From the human T2T-CHM13v2.0 reference genome, Homo sapiens, in the NCBI GenBank assembly GCA_009914755.4, contig CP068257.2:36704001-36768000 (forward strand): a stretch of 64,000 nucleotides of DNA, given 5' to 3'. The notes under the pieces are model-generated. The model searched no databases. It worked only from the letters and a program-made list of their open reading frames with translations, and was not told the origin of the DNA. The position numbers and the translations under genes were made by a program. Shown piece after piece: positions 63,333 through 64,000 of the stretch (position 1 is its first letter; each line of letters starts with the position of its first letter).

Positions 63333-64000
63333 CTAATGAGGTCAGGAGAGGAAGGAAAACTCCAGTGAGCACAGGTTCCAGGGGAAAGAGGCTCTCTGTG
63401 ATGACGGAAGGAGGTGCTATTGGTGTGCCGCCCACATTCCCTTCACCAGGCCTGTCCGTCCATCCCTCAGCTGCAGGGGTGCGGACTGCTCTCGTTCCAT
63501 GGCCACCCACTTCTCCAGAGAACTGCCCTTGCCTGAACAGAGCCGCCGCCTCGCCCACCCCCAGGTATCCCACAGCTGGGTGGACTGAACGGGGTACCAC
63601 GGGCCGGCCCCCTTGCCTCAAGGAAAGACCAACTCCATGACGCTATTCAGGCTTCAGGGCTCCCGTGGGATTGGGCTGAAACAGCGTCCAGCTGCAAGGA
63701 GGCTTGGAGGAGGCCAGAAACTTCCTTAGCGCTGCCCCTGCAGCACTTCCCATTCTCTCTCTCCTGAGAACATGCCGTTAATCAGTCACCTGCACAAGCA
63801 GGCTTACCCCAAGCTCTGCATCAAGGGAACCCGACCTAGGACGATGATCTAACAGATTCAAGACCTAGATGGAATGCAGCGAATTCATATGGGGCAAAGT
63901 TCAGGCTGCTTCCATCCATTTCTGACGTCCTTAAAAGAACAGCCAGATCAACCTGGTGTTTAGGGGATGAAAGAGCTATATATTTTTTTTTCCTATTTTG

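Noticed and set aside
63333-63621. 5' extension of the ERG reading frame (ORF track 62812..63621, 269 aa) beyond the ETS exon
   Set aside because: The extra 96 codons ([29 protein letters not shown]...LPLLTSLG) are not part of ERG. The reading frame simply stays open through the polypyrimidine tract and AG acceptor at 63333-63334 into the intron. The true exon starts at 63332.
62883-63640. Plus-strand ORFs of 79, 96 and 155 aa overlapping the ERG exon
   Set aside because: These are antisense read-throughs of a GC-rich coding exon and CpG-rich intron; the proteins are Gly/Pro/Arg-rich and low-complexity. ERG on the opposite strand fully explains the open frames.

Overview
This window is primate (human-type) nuclear DNA, not a prokaryotic or viral system: it contains Alu SINEs, L1 LINEs, MIR and MaLR LTR retroelements, and is CpG-depleted. 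The only protein-coding sequence I can support is the terminal coding exon of the ETS transcription factor ERG on the minus strand. Its CDS runs 62812..63332 with a splice acceptor at 63333/63334 and TAA at 62812..62814. It encodes the complete ETS DNA-binding domain and the C-terminus '...[13 protein letters not shown]', which matches ERG and not FLI1 by recall. The inferred ~3.3 kb ERG 3' UTR runs down to tandem AATAAA signals near 59473..59506, and a degenerate Alu lies just beyond the inferred poly(A) site. The remaining ~59 kb (1..59450) is gene-poor flank downstream of ERG, dominated by interspersed repeats. These include at least four Alus and two L1 3' ends in convergent orientation (one young-looking + strand copy, one older composite minus-strand block of ~4.4 kb). 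There are also many MaLR LTRs of THE1/MST and MLT1 type, one arrangement resembling a near-full-length LTR-internal-LTR MaLR element, several MIRs and a short TIR-bearing DNA transposon. Features not explained by repeats that merit a second look: a ~230 bp almost pure polypurine (GGAA/GA-rich) tract at 31056..31287, within reach of an ETS-family gene; a ~100 bp-period CA-rich minisatellite (3 copies, 35859..36163) that is the expanded counterpart of a plain (CA)n in a diverged paralogous block 2 kb away (34045..34372 vs 36130..36440); and CpG-enriched patches at 35440..35760, 36380..36660 and 30700..31000 in otherwise CpG-poor DNA, which could mark unannotated regulatory elements or a non-coding RNA start site. 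No CRISPR, tRNA or rRNA is supported. The long six-frame ORFs elsewhere are explained by GC-rich or repeat sequence, by the L1 ORF2 remnant, or by antisense of the ERG exon.
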